64,000 nt of DNA from Callorhinchus milii. Taxonomy: Eukaryota. The position numbers and the translations under genes are program-made. The notes beneath the pieces were generated by a model. The model was not told where the DNA came from, searched no databases, and was given only the letters and a program-made list of their open reading frames with translations. Location: NCBI RefSeq assembly GCF_018977255.1, contig NW_024704743.1:83020001-83084000 (forward strand), given 5' to 3'. Within the stretch, counting starts at the first letter, position 1. Every line of letters starts with the position of its first letter. Positions 52,071-64,000 of this stretch are shown here, in pieces.

Positions 52071-52689
52071 TCATCATGAAGGCAATTTGAGATATTATCC
52101 TACATGAAGGTGCTATAAAGATGCAAATTTTGCTTTACATATCTTGCAAATGAGAGTCCATTGAATCAGGGGCTTTAATTGAGAACAGAGAATATAGAAT
52201 GCATTAACAGAAACAAGAACAAATTACATTTGTATAGCGCCTTTCTAAGCGGGAGGATATCCCAAGGCGCTGGACAGTTAGGAATTTGGATCCGAGCTGG
52301 GGATTTGAACCCGAGTTGGGGTCTTCATTATCACATAACTAAAAGAGAATAGTGGATACCTGGCGAGTATTATTAAACGCTTTGGGACATCCTCCCAACA
52401 TGAAAGGCGCTATATAAATTTGTATTGTATAGCTTTTTTATTTTAGAGGAAAGTGGAGTAGTTGAGTGGGAACCAGCATGTCAGTCAGAGATGAGGTTAC
52501 AGCTGTACATGGTGTGAGCAAGCAACAAAGTATGAAAAGTGCTGAAGACACTTTAATGAGGATTAAAAGCAAATGGGAGAAGGAGGGAGAGAGTAGATCA
52601 GAGGCATAGGAACAGGGAAAATTCAAAGGAGTGGAGTGGGTAGAGGGAAAATAATAAATCAATTTCTGTTGTAGTTTAATTTTCCCATT

Positions 52690-53007
52690 TGGAGTCCTGT
52701 GGCTCAGTGGTTAGAGCACTCGCTTTGCAAGTGAGAGACCTGAGTTCAATTCCAGGCAGGGCAAAACCTTGGGCAAGTTTCCTTACTCTACACGCCTAAT
52801 AATAATCCCTCAAAAAAACAATAATAAATTGGTCATTTTCAATCCATATGACTGTTTGTGGGACATTGCTGTGCGCAATTGGCTGCCGCGTTCGCCCACA
52901 AATATACAGTCAATTCACTTACAGTGTGTTCCTTGAAGCGCTTTGGGACGTCCTCCCGACGTGAAAAGCGCTATATCAAATGCAAGGATTATTATTATTA
53001 TTATTAT
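52690..53007 (+). mobile_element. Full-length tRNA-derived SINE, short-body subfamily; looks young
   Basis: Intact A box (TGGCTCAGTGG) and B box (GAGTTCAATTCC), retained CpGs, and (ATT)n tail. Confidence 0.92.
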
Positions 53008-53449
53008 ATTTAATTCCAAAGTTCAAACTTGCTATTACTGAGCCACGTAGGGTTGTGTATACCACACCTCCAATCTAACAGAAGACCAGGAATTGAATTA
53101 ATTGAGGAATATTAAAAATGGATAGTAATATCATTTGTTATTTATGTGAGTAGGTAAGACATGCATCAATCATGCAATATTTATTCACCAGTTCCCAAAA
53201 GGGCATGCACTTTAATGTCAGTTCTGCTCATGAGTAAAATTGTGTTTTGAATTTCAGATTTAGAGACACCCTGTAGCAGTAGCTCTTGTCTGAACTAAAT
53301 CTTGTCTTAACACTTACTTAATTGGTCAGGGCAAAAGCCGCATACCGTGTGAGAATAGAAGTTTCCAAAGGCACTTGTTCCACTCTCAGTTGAGGCATTG
53401 CTGCAATATCACAGCCTAATTCCAATTCCAACCAGTGGTAGATTCAATA

Positions 53450-56400
53450 TCTTAATGACAAGATCTCCTGGACCAGCAGCCCTTCAGGCTCCAACTTCCT
53501 CAGTCTCCTGCCTCAGTCCACCTCACTGAACCAGTGTGTTCTTGGTGTTTGTTTCTCTATTCCCTCACATCCAGTTTGTGACCAAATCTGCTTTTCTGCT
53601 TCTTCGCCCTGTTGCCCGCCTGTCTGTATCTTATCCCTAATAATGCTAAAACTCTTATTCTCACCTTTCATAAATTCAGACTCAAGCACTCTGCTTGCCG
53701 GCCTCCCCATCTCCACTATTCGCAACCTCTAGGTCATCCAAAATTTTGCCCCCACACCCTCACATTCCCACCTTTCCTGCCAAGCTTTCCCACCCCTCCC
53801 CCACATCCTGCAAACTTCTCTGCTATCTGTCCCCTCTGCATTGCCCTTCAAAATGTCTGATCCCTATCTAATGGTGGAGGCAGAGGGCATGGCTGATGTA
53901 CTGAATGAGTACTTTGCATCTGTCTTCACAAAAGAAGTGGATGCACCAAATGCCACAGTATCGGAGGAGAGGATAGAGGAAATGAATACGATAAGTATAA
54001 ACAAAGAGGAAGTACTGAAAAGATTGACTGGGCTCAAGGTAGATAAGTCGCCCGGTCCGGACGGGATGCAGCCAATGTTACTATTGGAGGCACGGGTACA
54101 AATAGCGGAGGCTTTAGCTACAATTTTTCAATCTTCGTTGGACACAGGGGTGGTGCCAGAGGACTGGAGAGTGGCTAATGTGACTCCCCTGTACAAAAAG
54201 GGGCAGAAGGACAAACCTGGGAACTACAGGCCAGTCAGCCTAACATCAGTAGTGGGGAAGCTCCTGGAGACTATAATCCAGGACAGAATAAATCTTCACT
54301 TAGAAGAATATAGGTTAATTAGGGACAGCCAGCACAAATTTTTTAAAGGCAAATCTTGTCTAACAAATCTAATAGAATTTTTCGATGAGGTAACGGGGAG
54401 GGTGGATGAAGATAGTGCAGTTGATGTAGTTTATATGGACTTTCAAAAGGAATTTGACAAAGTACCACATAAAAGACTTGTAAGAAAAATAGAAGCCCAT
54501 GGTATAAAAGGGACAGTGGCAGCATGGATGCAGAACTGGCTGGGAGACAGAAAGCAGAGAGTTGTGGTGAACAGCTGCCTTTCTGACTGGAGGGAAGTGT
54601 GCAGTGGCGTCCCTCAGGGATCGGTATTGGGATCACTGCTCTTCTTAATATATATAAGTGATCTGAATTTGGGTATAGCAAGTACCATTTCCAAGTTTGC
54701 CAACGACATAAAGTTAGGTAGGGCAGTAAACAGTGAGAAGGATAGTAGCCAACTGCAGGAAGACATAGACCGAATGGTAAAATGGGCAGAGCAGACACAT
54801 GGCAGATTCATTTAAATGTGGAGAAATGCGAGGGAATGCATTTTGGAAGAAAGAATGAAGGGAGGCAATATAGGCTGGTAATACAATCTTAAGGAGGGTG
54901 AAGGAACAGAGACCTGGGGGTTCAGGTAAATGAATCCTTGAAGGTGGCAGGACAGGTAGATAAAGCTGCAAAAAGGGCATATGGGATACTAGGCTTTATA
55001 AATAGGGGCATAGAGTATAAAAGTCAGGAGGTTATGATTAACCTATATAAAACACTGGTTAGGCCTCCGTTAGAATACTGCTCCCAGGTCTGGGCACCAC
55101 ACTACAGGAAGGATGTTAAGGTATTGGAAAGGGCGCAGAGATTTACAAGGAAGGTACCAGGAATGAGAGACTTTGATTATGAGGAAAGGCTAGAGAGGCT
55201 GGGATTATTCTCATTGGAGCAGGAAGGTTTTCAAAATCATGAGGGGATTTGGTAGGTTAGAAAGGGAAAAACTGTTTCCACTGGTGGGTGTGTCGGTGAC
55301 TCGAGGTCACAGATTTAAAATAGTTTCTAAAAGAAGCAGAGGGGAGATGAGAAGAATTTTTTTCACGCAGCGAGTTGTTCGAATCTGGAACGCACTGCCT
55401 GAAAGGATGGTGGAGGCCAATTCGAAAAAAAAACTTTTAAAAACGCGGTGGATGGGTATTTGAGGAGGACGGGTTTGCAGAGTTATGGGGGAAGGGCTGG
55501 GGATTGGGATTGACATTACATTGCTCTTTTCAAAAAGCCGGCACAGACTCGATGGGCCGAATGGTTTCTTTTTGTGCCGTACCCGACGTGAAAGGCGCTC
55601 AATAAATTTGGTTATTGTTGTTGTTGTACGATTCTATGATTCTATGATAATAAAGCCCTCACTGTCCACAAACTCATTGTGGACGAAAAAAATCGACAAC
55701 CTTGCTTTTAATGAAAGGTGACAATTGAGGCCACGTCACCTGGCTATACCTCCATCATGCCCCGCGACCCAACCGTCATGGCGGTGGTGTGGTCCTCATC
55801 TCCAGGTCCTCACTGGGTCTATCCTTTTACTCCTCTGGATCCTTCTCCTCATTTTAGCAACTCACTCTCTACCATCCCTCCAATCTCTCCTTAAAAATCC
55901 TCCTTATCTATTGTCCCCCCCCAAACCCTCCTCAACTTTCCTCCCTGATATCTCCACCCAACTGTCTTCCCTCTGCCTCTGTTCTGAACACCTCATCATC
56001 TTTGGCGACTTTATCTTCCACTTCACCCCTTGTTGCTCTACATCTGCTGACTTCTCTCTCCTCTCCTCTCACAACCTCTCCCTCCACATCAAATCCGCCA
56101 CTCACATCCAAAGCCATCCACTAGACCTGGTGATCACCCGGGGCCTTACCATCTCTGATATCATCATCACTGACAAAGGCATTTCAGATCACCATTTTAT
56201 CTCCTTTAACTCCTTCATTCCCCTCCCTGTCACCCACCCAACGTGCATCTCCTTTTGCCCCTGGAGAAAAATCCATGCCCTCTCCACTACCTTCCTTTGA
56301 CCCATCTCTGCTCTCCAACTACTGCCCCATTTCAAACCTTCCTTTTCTATCAAAGATCATGGAATGAGTATCGGTTCCCAGCTTCACTCTTTCCTCCCCC

Positions 56401-57695
56401 AGCATTCTCTCCATGAACCCCTCCAATCTGGGTTTCATGCTTTTCACAGCACAGAGACAGCCTTGGTTAAAGTGACAAATAACATTCTGTCCATCTGTCT
56501 CCTCATCCTTCTCGACCTCTCAGCTGCTTTTGATACTGTTGACCACTCTATTCTTCTCCACTAACTCTCCTTTCACCTCCACCTGAATGGTTCTGTTCTT
56601 ATCTGTTTGTAATCCTACTTTTCCCACCATCTGCCCTTTGTGGCCTCCGGCAGCTTCTCCTCTAGCCCCCACACTGTCATGTGTCATCCCTGCGGGTTCT
56701 GTCCTCAATCCTCTTCAATCTATGCATGCTCCCGCTCGGCGATGTCATCCGCAGGCATGGGGTCAATTTCCATGTGTATACAGGTGACACCCAACTCTAT
56801 CTCGCTGCCTCCACCCTTGACTCCAGGACCATTGATGTCCTGGCCAATTGTCTGTCTGACATCAACTCCTGGACGAGAGCCAACTTCCTCCACTCAATGT
56901 TAGCAAGATGGAGGCCTTTCTGCTTGGCTCCCAGCAGTGTCTCCTCACCTCAGCCACTGACACTATCACCATTCATGGCTGCACTCTTCACCTCACCGAG
57001 TACAATCCAAAACCTCAGTGTCCTTTTCAATCCTCAGCTATCCTTTAAACCCCACATTCGTGCTGTGACCCGTTCCTCCTTTCTACACCTCCGCAACATT
57101 GCTCACCTCCGCCACTGCCTCTCACCACAGGCCACCGAGATCCTGATCCACGCTTTCATTATGTTCCAGCTTGACTACGCCAACTGCCTGCTCACTGACT
57201 TCCCAACTCTTCCCTCCACAAACTGCAGATTATTCAGAACTCTGCAGCTCAGGTCCACTCCTGCACCAGGCTCTGAGAACCTATCACCCCTGTTCTTGCC
57301 CGGCTTCATTGGCTCCCATTCCTCAGAGAATCAAGTACAAAACCCTGGTTCTTACCTTCAAGGCCCTCCAAGGTCTTGCTCCCCCTACCTCTCCGACCTC
57401 ATAACCCCATGTCAGCCTGTCCACTCCCTCCACTCAGCGGGCACCTGCCTGATTCAGGTCCCCCGAACTTCCCGCTCCACCATTGGCGGTCGGGCATTCA
57501 GCCTCTCTGCCCCTACACTCTGGAACTCTATCTCTCAATCCCTCCACCTCACCCACTCTTTTGCCTCCTTCAAGTCCCATCTGAAGACCTTACTCTTTGA
57601 CCGTGCCTTCATGGTCCCAGGGCATGTCCAGAGCCCTGGGACATCTTTCTGACATGAAAGCCGCTATACAAGTGTAATCTGTTGCTGTTGTTGTC
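53450..57695 (+). mobile_element. L2 LINE split by a CR1 insertion (L2 parts about 53450-53866 and 55649-57695)
   Basis: Endonuclease start LQNV*SL resumes after the CR1 as NKALTVHKLIVDEKID, followed by [25 protein letters not shown]-terminus and a (TTG)n tail. Confidence 0.88.
53867..55648 (+). mobile_element. 5'-truncated CR1 LINE, pseudogenised ORF2
   Basis: [53 protein letters not shown] (decayed FADDTK), YKTLVRPPLEYC; 3' (ATTCTATG)2 microsatellite. Confidence 0.95.
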
Positions 57696-58062
57696 ACCTG
57701 TACAAAATGTTGTATACGCATCACCCAGTCCTCCTCTGTCTCCACTAGCTCACAATGGATGGAATTTAAGATCCCCGATCTTCTGAAGCAAGCTCCCTCT
57801 ACCCCTCCATCTTGCCCCCTCTCCCATCTATCTTGAAAGGCGTAAATAATCTTATAAAAGCAGGTCTTCAAACTCTAATGTGGCTTATTGCTAAGCAATT
57901 GTGTGTCATTTCTGAGACCATTGCACCAATGTGAATGTCACATAATGTATGCTTTTTGCAATTAATTTATATTTGTGGTGGATGAAGTCTTTTCTTTCTT
58001 TATAAAGGGTATTGGAAAAATCTGACAAACAGGCCTGATATTCTTTATTTTCTTAATTTCAG

Positions 58063-59429
58063 GTATAGTTTCCAAAGCATATGAATGTCGGCTTAAAGGC
58101 CAAGGAGCACAGTTTGTGGAAACGACTGTTCCTTTCATTACACCTCAAAGCCCCGAAGCCAAAAGTGATGATGCGGATGACTGCGGGGAACAGGAAGAAT
58201 CGACCGAATCCATCAGTCAAGTAATTATTATTCAAGGGTATCAAGATGGGTATGGTGATGGTATTTCTTATGATGCATCTGTTGAGGCAACTGCAGCAGC
58301 AACTCTTCAGACCCTGGCCATGGCAGGTCAAGTAGCTCAAATGGCCGAGGTGGTGCATATCACTGAAGATGGTCATGTTATAGCCACAACGCAGAGCACG
58401 GCCCACGTGACCAGCATGATGCCGGGTCGGATTCTTACCAGAAGATTGACGCCGGGCACCACCCAAGTGGTCGTTGTTGAAGGTCCAGTAGAAGAAGGCA
58501 ATGTTATCGAAACAGCCGCTGCCATGGAGGCAATCACCAATTCCAGGGGTAACTTGGTGGAACATGTAATGCCCCAGGAGGAGTCCAGAAGCCACTCGGC
58601 AGACACACCTACTGCGCTAGATGCACTCCTCTGTGCTGTCACAGAGCTAGGTGCTGTGGAAACTCAAGAAACAGAACAGCAAAGTACTGAAACAAGCCAC
58701 GAGGGGGCTTTCTCAGTCAACATTGCTACCGAGGAGGTCACTTCAGTTCCAAATGAGTCGATGTCCAGATCAGTGCAGATGTTCCATAAAGTACAAGCTG
58801 ACCAGGGTACTGCAGAGGCAATGGAGATGATGTCAGACATGGAGCAAGTAAGCTCAGTCACAACACAAGAAGAAACTCAGGTTGCCTTCTCTAACATGGT
58901 TCAGGAGGTGCTGCAGTTCACTATGTGCGATGTGACGACAACGAGACATATTGTGAATGACGGCATCACTCGGGTCATAGTGACTGAGGAAGGGACTGCA
59001 CACATGGTGGAAGGAGCTTCCCAGATCATAATGCAAGAAAATGGAACGCAAGCCATAACCACTCACGGCCATCCAGTGAACTTGGTGAACTCTGCTGGGG
59101 AAATATCACAAATTATTGTCACAGAGGAAATAGCCCAAGTCATGGCACAAGAGGCATCTGGTAATATGACTGAAGAAACAACTCATGTTATAGTAACAGA
59201 ATTACCGCACAGTGTGGTTCACACTGACCAGCCTGATACTGTAACCGAAGTTTACCCACATGGTGTGATGGAGCTGGTTAATGAGTCTGGTGAGGTGCTG
59301 TCATCTGTCAGTCATCCACTAACAACTATTGCATTGACTGAGTGCTATACTGAGGACAGGTCAGAAATGATAGTGACCGAGGTATCAACTCAGGAAGAAA
59401 TTGAAGTTGCTGGAGCCCAAGAAGTATGA
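58063..59429 (+). CDS. ZNF407: Terminal coding exon of zinc finger protein 407 (acidic C-terminal region, no zinc fingers in this exon)
   Basis: Pyrimidine tract plus AG (ttctttattttcttaatttcAG, AG at 58061-58062) opens a phase-1 frame reading (G)IVSKAYECRLKGQGAQFVE..., continuous with the 437-aa ORF to TGA at 59427-59429. Motifs QVIIIQGY, AAATLQTLAMAGQVA, VVHITEDG, ALDALLCAVTELG and GEISQIIVTEE match the vertebrate ZNF407 C-terminus as I recall it. The track's GTG start at 58116 is not a real start. Confidence 0.93.
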
Positions 59430-60690
59430 TGTACCAATTGTCGGGTAAAGAGGTGGATCAAAGATGGTGTTTTATCAGATGTACGATGAAAGTTATAACA
59501 TGCTTAGTGTGGCAGAATGGACACCGTGCCTGCTCATTAGAATTGTGATCGCCATAAAGAAATGTTTGGTGTATTGTCTGATAAGATGAGGGTATCTGAA
59601 AAGAATGTCATCAATAAGGCAATATCATTTTAAAAAAGCTAGTGCCCCAAATCCCAGCGCTTTGCAGTTAATTGTATGCATCTGTTTATAAAATAGCTTT
59701 GAAGGCAGTACAGTAGAGCAATGTGTCAGGCAGGCAGGATAGTTCTTTGCATAGAGTTGCTGATTTCCGGTATGCCAACTGGGTGAGGCACCACGTCAAG
59801 GCCAGGCAACTTCCCCACAGGCAGACAACAACAGCGCACAAGTCAGCGGCCAATAACCTTGGCATAGTCCTCAGTCAGAGAGTGCTATAAGTCACTGTGG
59901 ACCCGAAAAGGGGAGGAAGAATGCACACAAAATGAGGGGGAGGGAGGCAAATGGTAGCCTAGTCATTTTAACTGCGTGACTCATCTGTTTATGCTCCCAA
60001 GTTATTCATTTCTGTTTAGAGCCACTGAAGACTGAGGATCCTATGTCTGAATTGTGTGCAAACAGACGTCCATAAAGTTTGAAAGATTAGAATGCACACT
60101 TGTCAACCGTCAAAGATTTTTGAAATCATTTTTCTTACGCCCGACATTGGCAGGAAGAAGTGAAGAGAAACCTAGACAGATAAACCAGCTTGGAGAAAGG
60201 GGGGGGGGCAGGGGAGGGTGGCACTATGGGTGCAGCGGGAGAGCAAAAATTCTATTTTGTGCATTTATCTTAACTTTTTTTTAATGAAAGCAAATTAAAG
60301 GATAAATACTTTAGAAAGTACAGCAAAGGCAGCCACCACAAATGTTGAGATACACTTAGCTATTTCTTCTTTGCAATTTCAATGTTCCAACACTGCTGAT
60401 TTCTCCAAAAGGTACCAATGCATTCGATGCCCTGCAGTTTTGTTCCTTTGTTTCGGCAGATATTACTGATATTGATGCAAATCGGAAGCCAATATTATCT
60501 AAGATTAAAAGGAAGAGAAGTGTTATTCAGCTCAGGTGGTCTGTTTAACTGTGTGACAAATGAAAGGTGACAGTGTTTGATTTTTATATATGACAATCGG
60601 GAACGTCATAAGAAAAAGTATCTTTTCTCTGCTTTTTTTGTTAACCAACAGCAGGACTAGTTACAATAAATTGTTCTGATTTGACAAAAA
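59430..60690 (+). other. ZNF407: Probable ZNF407 3' UTR ending near an AATAAA signal
   Basis: Largely repeat-free AT-rich sequence after the stop codon. AATAAA at 60665-60670; an alternative AATAAA lies at 63126-63131. The true end is not determinable. Confidence 0.5.
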
Positions 60691-61279
60691 AAGACAACTG
60701 TATAATTTATAGTCTGCATGCACATTTATAAGCCTAAAAGTAATTTGAGGGAGTGGGGGAAGTGGGGACTGTCTTAACTTTTTATATATCACAAACGGAA
60801 GAGAAAGAAAAGAACTTGGCTAGAACCCAGTAGTGTAAGTAATTCATATGTTTACCAATTATGAAACTAATCTCTATTTTAATGTACAATTAGTGAATAA
60901 TAATATAATTACATGATGTGTTTTACACATGCAGCACCAACCAATACGCTGCAAAATCTGTCAGAAGCATAGAAATATTATTTTAACTATTTTAACTGGC
61001 TCAATTAAACTGGCATCAGTTTTGTCATGTATCCATTTCAACTTTAAAGATGTGTTCTCAGTGAGCTCATCTGAAAGCTGAGCAAATTTGTCCAGTAAGG
61101 AACTCACATGGTCACAAGACTGGTCTGGATCAATCTACTGCCCATCTAATCTCATCCCTCCAGAACACCCACTCTATCATCCCCCTCTATCACTGCATCA
61201 AGCTGCTCTTTAAATGAATCCATTGTCCTGGACTTTACTGCCATTCCTAGCAACCTGTTTCAGTTGTCAATTACCTAGG

Positions 61280-61600
61280 CCATGCAGACCAGAGAGATAC
61301 TAGATTCAGTCCTTGATCTGGATTGAATTAGGTCATCTCAGCAGCCACTACAATTAGCCTCAGTGTCATGGGTTTGGAGAGGGTAAAAACTTAACCAGGG
61401 CTTTCACTTGTGGTCGTTATCTAGAGGCCACTCACTGCTGGAGATACTTTCGTATGGATGTGAGTTCTTGGCTTGACTCTGTGAACAATGAATGACCACC
61501 TGGGCAAGCTCTACGCAAAGGGAATCTATGGTACCGTATCGCAGTAGAGGGAATTGAAGGAGTTAAATACCGTCAGGAATGGAAGCAGAGGAAAGGAAAT
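61280..61600 (+). mobile_element. Ancient SINE-like dispersed repeat (related copies about 26940-27230 on + and 5950-6300 on -)
   Basis: Shared gatctca...caatt(a/g)gcctcagt core and tRNA-like 5' remnant. Family not assigned. Confidence 0.45.
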
Positions 61601-62794
61601 TGGCATTTTCTTGAAAGGTTCAATACTTTTGACGGGTACAAAAAATTATTGCAACCACTGAGTGAGGAAAACGATCTGAATTATGTGGGAAGTGTTCACT
61701 CAGAAAAGGTGTAAAATGACCACTATCACCGATTGCATCATTCATTTCACAGGACAACTACCATACATATGAGGCAGACAGTCTATCACAGTGCAAAGAA
61801 CAGTGCAGGAGATTAGAAAAATGCTTATGGCTTAAAATATGTCTCATTTTCTACAGGACAAAATGGACCCGTTTAATTTCTAGATTCGTTAACAGACGTA
61901 AAGTAAATGTGAATGAATCAATTGTTTTTTTTATATAAAAAAGCTTACCCACTATCTATATTATCATTATCACTCTGAAAGCACTCACAGTTGAAGGTTA
62001 TAGTATCATGCAATATCATTGAATTATCCCTGTTCTTGTGCTGCAGCAGAGTTCAGCATTACTGTGCTTACGAGTGACGTGGTGCTGTGTGTTACACAGT
62101 GATTGTAAAGTCATTGCAACATTGACAACGAGATGATATTCTGTGCAAAATTTACATATCTCGTGTTGAGCATCACAATTTGCTTGTTTCACTCTGCTTC
62201 CAGTCGTGTGCCAGGTTAATGATTTGACTGAAACAGTACAAGTTTCTTTTGCAGAGGAATATGGAGGTGTAGATGTGTTTGAACAGAACTGATCATGACA
62301 TTTAGTACATATCATTAATATTAAGTAGAAATAAGAAGGTCAGCAGACTGGACTTCCTTCCCCCCGCCCCACCCCCCACACATATTCCTTCTTTTCCCCA
62401 TTTGCCATCCTGCATCCCTCAGATTTCTGCTGCATTCCCTCCACTGCGCTACCTCCACCTATTATCATATACCAATACAAAATTATTAACATTCTAGTAC
62501 CAAATTCTTGTTACAAATCCTGCTTCATTCCCCTTCATTTAAACTCCAATCTCTCACTTTTACACATGTGACCTTTGAAAGGTAATTAATGCAGCTCATA
62601 GCCACAAAAAGTCAGGAGATTTTTAATACCAGAGCTCCTACGCAACAAGCAATTTTCAGGTAAAATAATGTCAGTATAACCCACATGTGTACAAAACTTG
62701 TACTGAATAATACTTTTTTAATTCTGGCTCCTGCCTCTGACCCTGATATCACTGAGTCTCAAGTCCCAGCTATTTGTGTTTATTTGTATAACCC

Positions 62795-63005
62795 ACACCA
62801 AAGAAATAGAATTTTACAGCCCAGAAGACGACCATTCGGCCCATCGTGCCTGTGCCGACTCTGTGAGAGAGCTTTCCAACTAGTCCCACTCCAGCACTCT
62901 TACCCCATAAACCTGCAATTTTTTTTCTTTTCAAGTACCTATCCAGTTCCCTTTTGAAAGCTACCATCGAATCTGCTTCCACCTTCCTTTCAGGCAGTGC
63001 ATTCT
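62795..63005 (-). mobile_element. CR1 LINE 3' end fragment
   Basis: Translation EADSMVAFKRELDRYLKRK; ccattcggcccatcgtgcctgtgccg 3' UTR. Confidence 0.85.
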
Positions 63006-64000
63006 CCTAAAAAAAATCATTGTCTCCCCTTTGATAATATATTATTAATTATTATTATATCTGATATGGTATAAAATAGGTTTGCATAATGGATCCATAA
63101 TCCACAAGGGTTAACACAGAAATGCAATAAAACCTTTAATAATGTTTTTTCTACAAATACTGCAAATTGTATCAGTTTTTCATTTTACTTAGTTTCAGTT
63201 TTGCCAGAAATTCTTTTGACTCATTCTGCAATTATGACAGAAAGTTGGACCCTCAAACCTGATTCCTTAACCTTTCCTTGGTATTGCCGGGTACTGACAC
63301 TGACACGGAGCAATTTACTATTTCTGATTTATGTATGATAAATATGTCTGAGCTGGCATTTAATCTTTCATAGGACCATTGTAGCTTACAGTGTCAAATC
63401 AGCACATCTGATTGTACGCACAATGAGCCAAAGGGAGATGAAGAGTGCTGAGAACAAAGGTTGCTTGCAAGGTGTGTTGTGCTCGCCTGGAGAAACAATG
63501 AGAAGCATATTACTGTGGTTTCATTCACTGATAGGAGGCAGCGGCTTGGGGACTGGGAATGTAATTCAACTGCAAGTTTCCCCATTACTTTTCACTGTAA
63601 CATTAGCCTGTAATTTAAGATAGAACACAGCTCACTCAAACAGCCTATCCTTGTTTCATCTTGTTGAAGAGAGCACAATCCTTTCTAAGATCTTCAGAGA
63701 TGATATCATTTTATATATTTTTTATATATATAAAAAGAGCAAGCTCACATGGCAGTTCTGCTTTTCAGAAGCAGTTTCTAATCCGAGATTGGTGATTCAT
63801 TATTAGCGTCAGTAAGCAATCCATCTGACATGTAAGGGGAAAAAATTAGCAGCTGTCACACCGTGATGAGTTAATTTCCTGACAGGCCTGACACTGAAAA
63901 GCCATTTGGAGACATGGAGATGGCTGATGAAAATCTAGTGCTGGTTTATAAGTGGGGAGGAAGAAAGGGCACACAAAATGGGAGGAGGAAGGAACTATAG

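Larger units (their letters stand above)
1..58062 (+). other. ZNF407: Part of the long last intron of ZNF407 (upstream exon lies outside the window)
   Basis: No upstream ZNF407 zinc-finger exon was recognised in the window. The sequence is repeat-rich and non-coding and ends in the acceptor at 58061-58062. ZNF407 is known to have very long introns. Confidence 0.75.

Noticed and set aside
52690..52765. tRNA genes at SINE heads (also 10770-10840, 18364, 19064, 20210)
   Set aside because: No proper acceptor stem, variable anticodon loop, and each continues directly into a SINE body and tail.
53841..54815. 324-aa ORF as an intact gene
   Set aside because: A chimeric start in L2 sequence runs into a truncated CR1 RT with a mutated catalytic motif (FAND) and downstream frameshifts.
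58059..59072. Antisense ORFs (178, 89, 72, 65 aa) over the ZNF407 exon
   Set aside because: Shadow frames of the real exon with no recognisable protein features.

Overview
Vertebrate genomic DNA, by its repeat content most likely a cartilaginous fish (plausibly a chimaera/elephant shark; inference only). The only host protein-coding sequence I can support is the terminal coding exon of ZNF407 (+ strand, 58063-59429, preceded by a clean 3' splice site), followed by its 3' UTR. Positions 1-58062 are most simply read as part of ZNF407's long last intron. This intron holds many tRNA-headed Deu-type SINEs sharing an L2 3' tail, several L2 LINE copies (one near full length with a compact Pol II promoter-like 5' end), a CR1 LINE nested inside an L2, an older LINE, a Penelope-type palindrome carrying two hammerhead-ribozyme motifs, a MITE-like foldback, a minisatellite, and several repeat-free blocks that look like conserved enhancers. 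A roughly 6 kb segment (7.3-13.3 kb) looks like decayed coding sequence of unknown origin, with internal direct and inverted repeats. I could not identify it, and it is the best candidate for something undescribed. There are no prokaryotic features or CRISPR arrays. Most short ORFs in the track are spurious or transposon-derived. All family assignments are from recalled motifs, not database searches.
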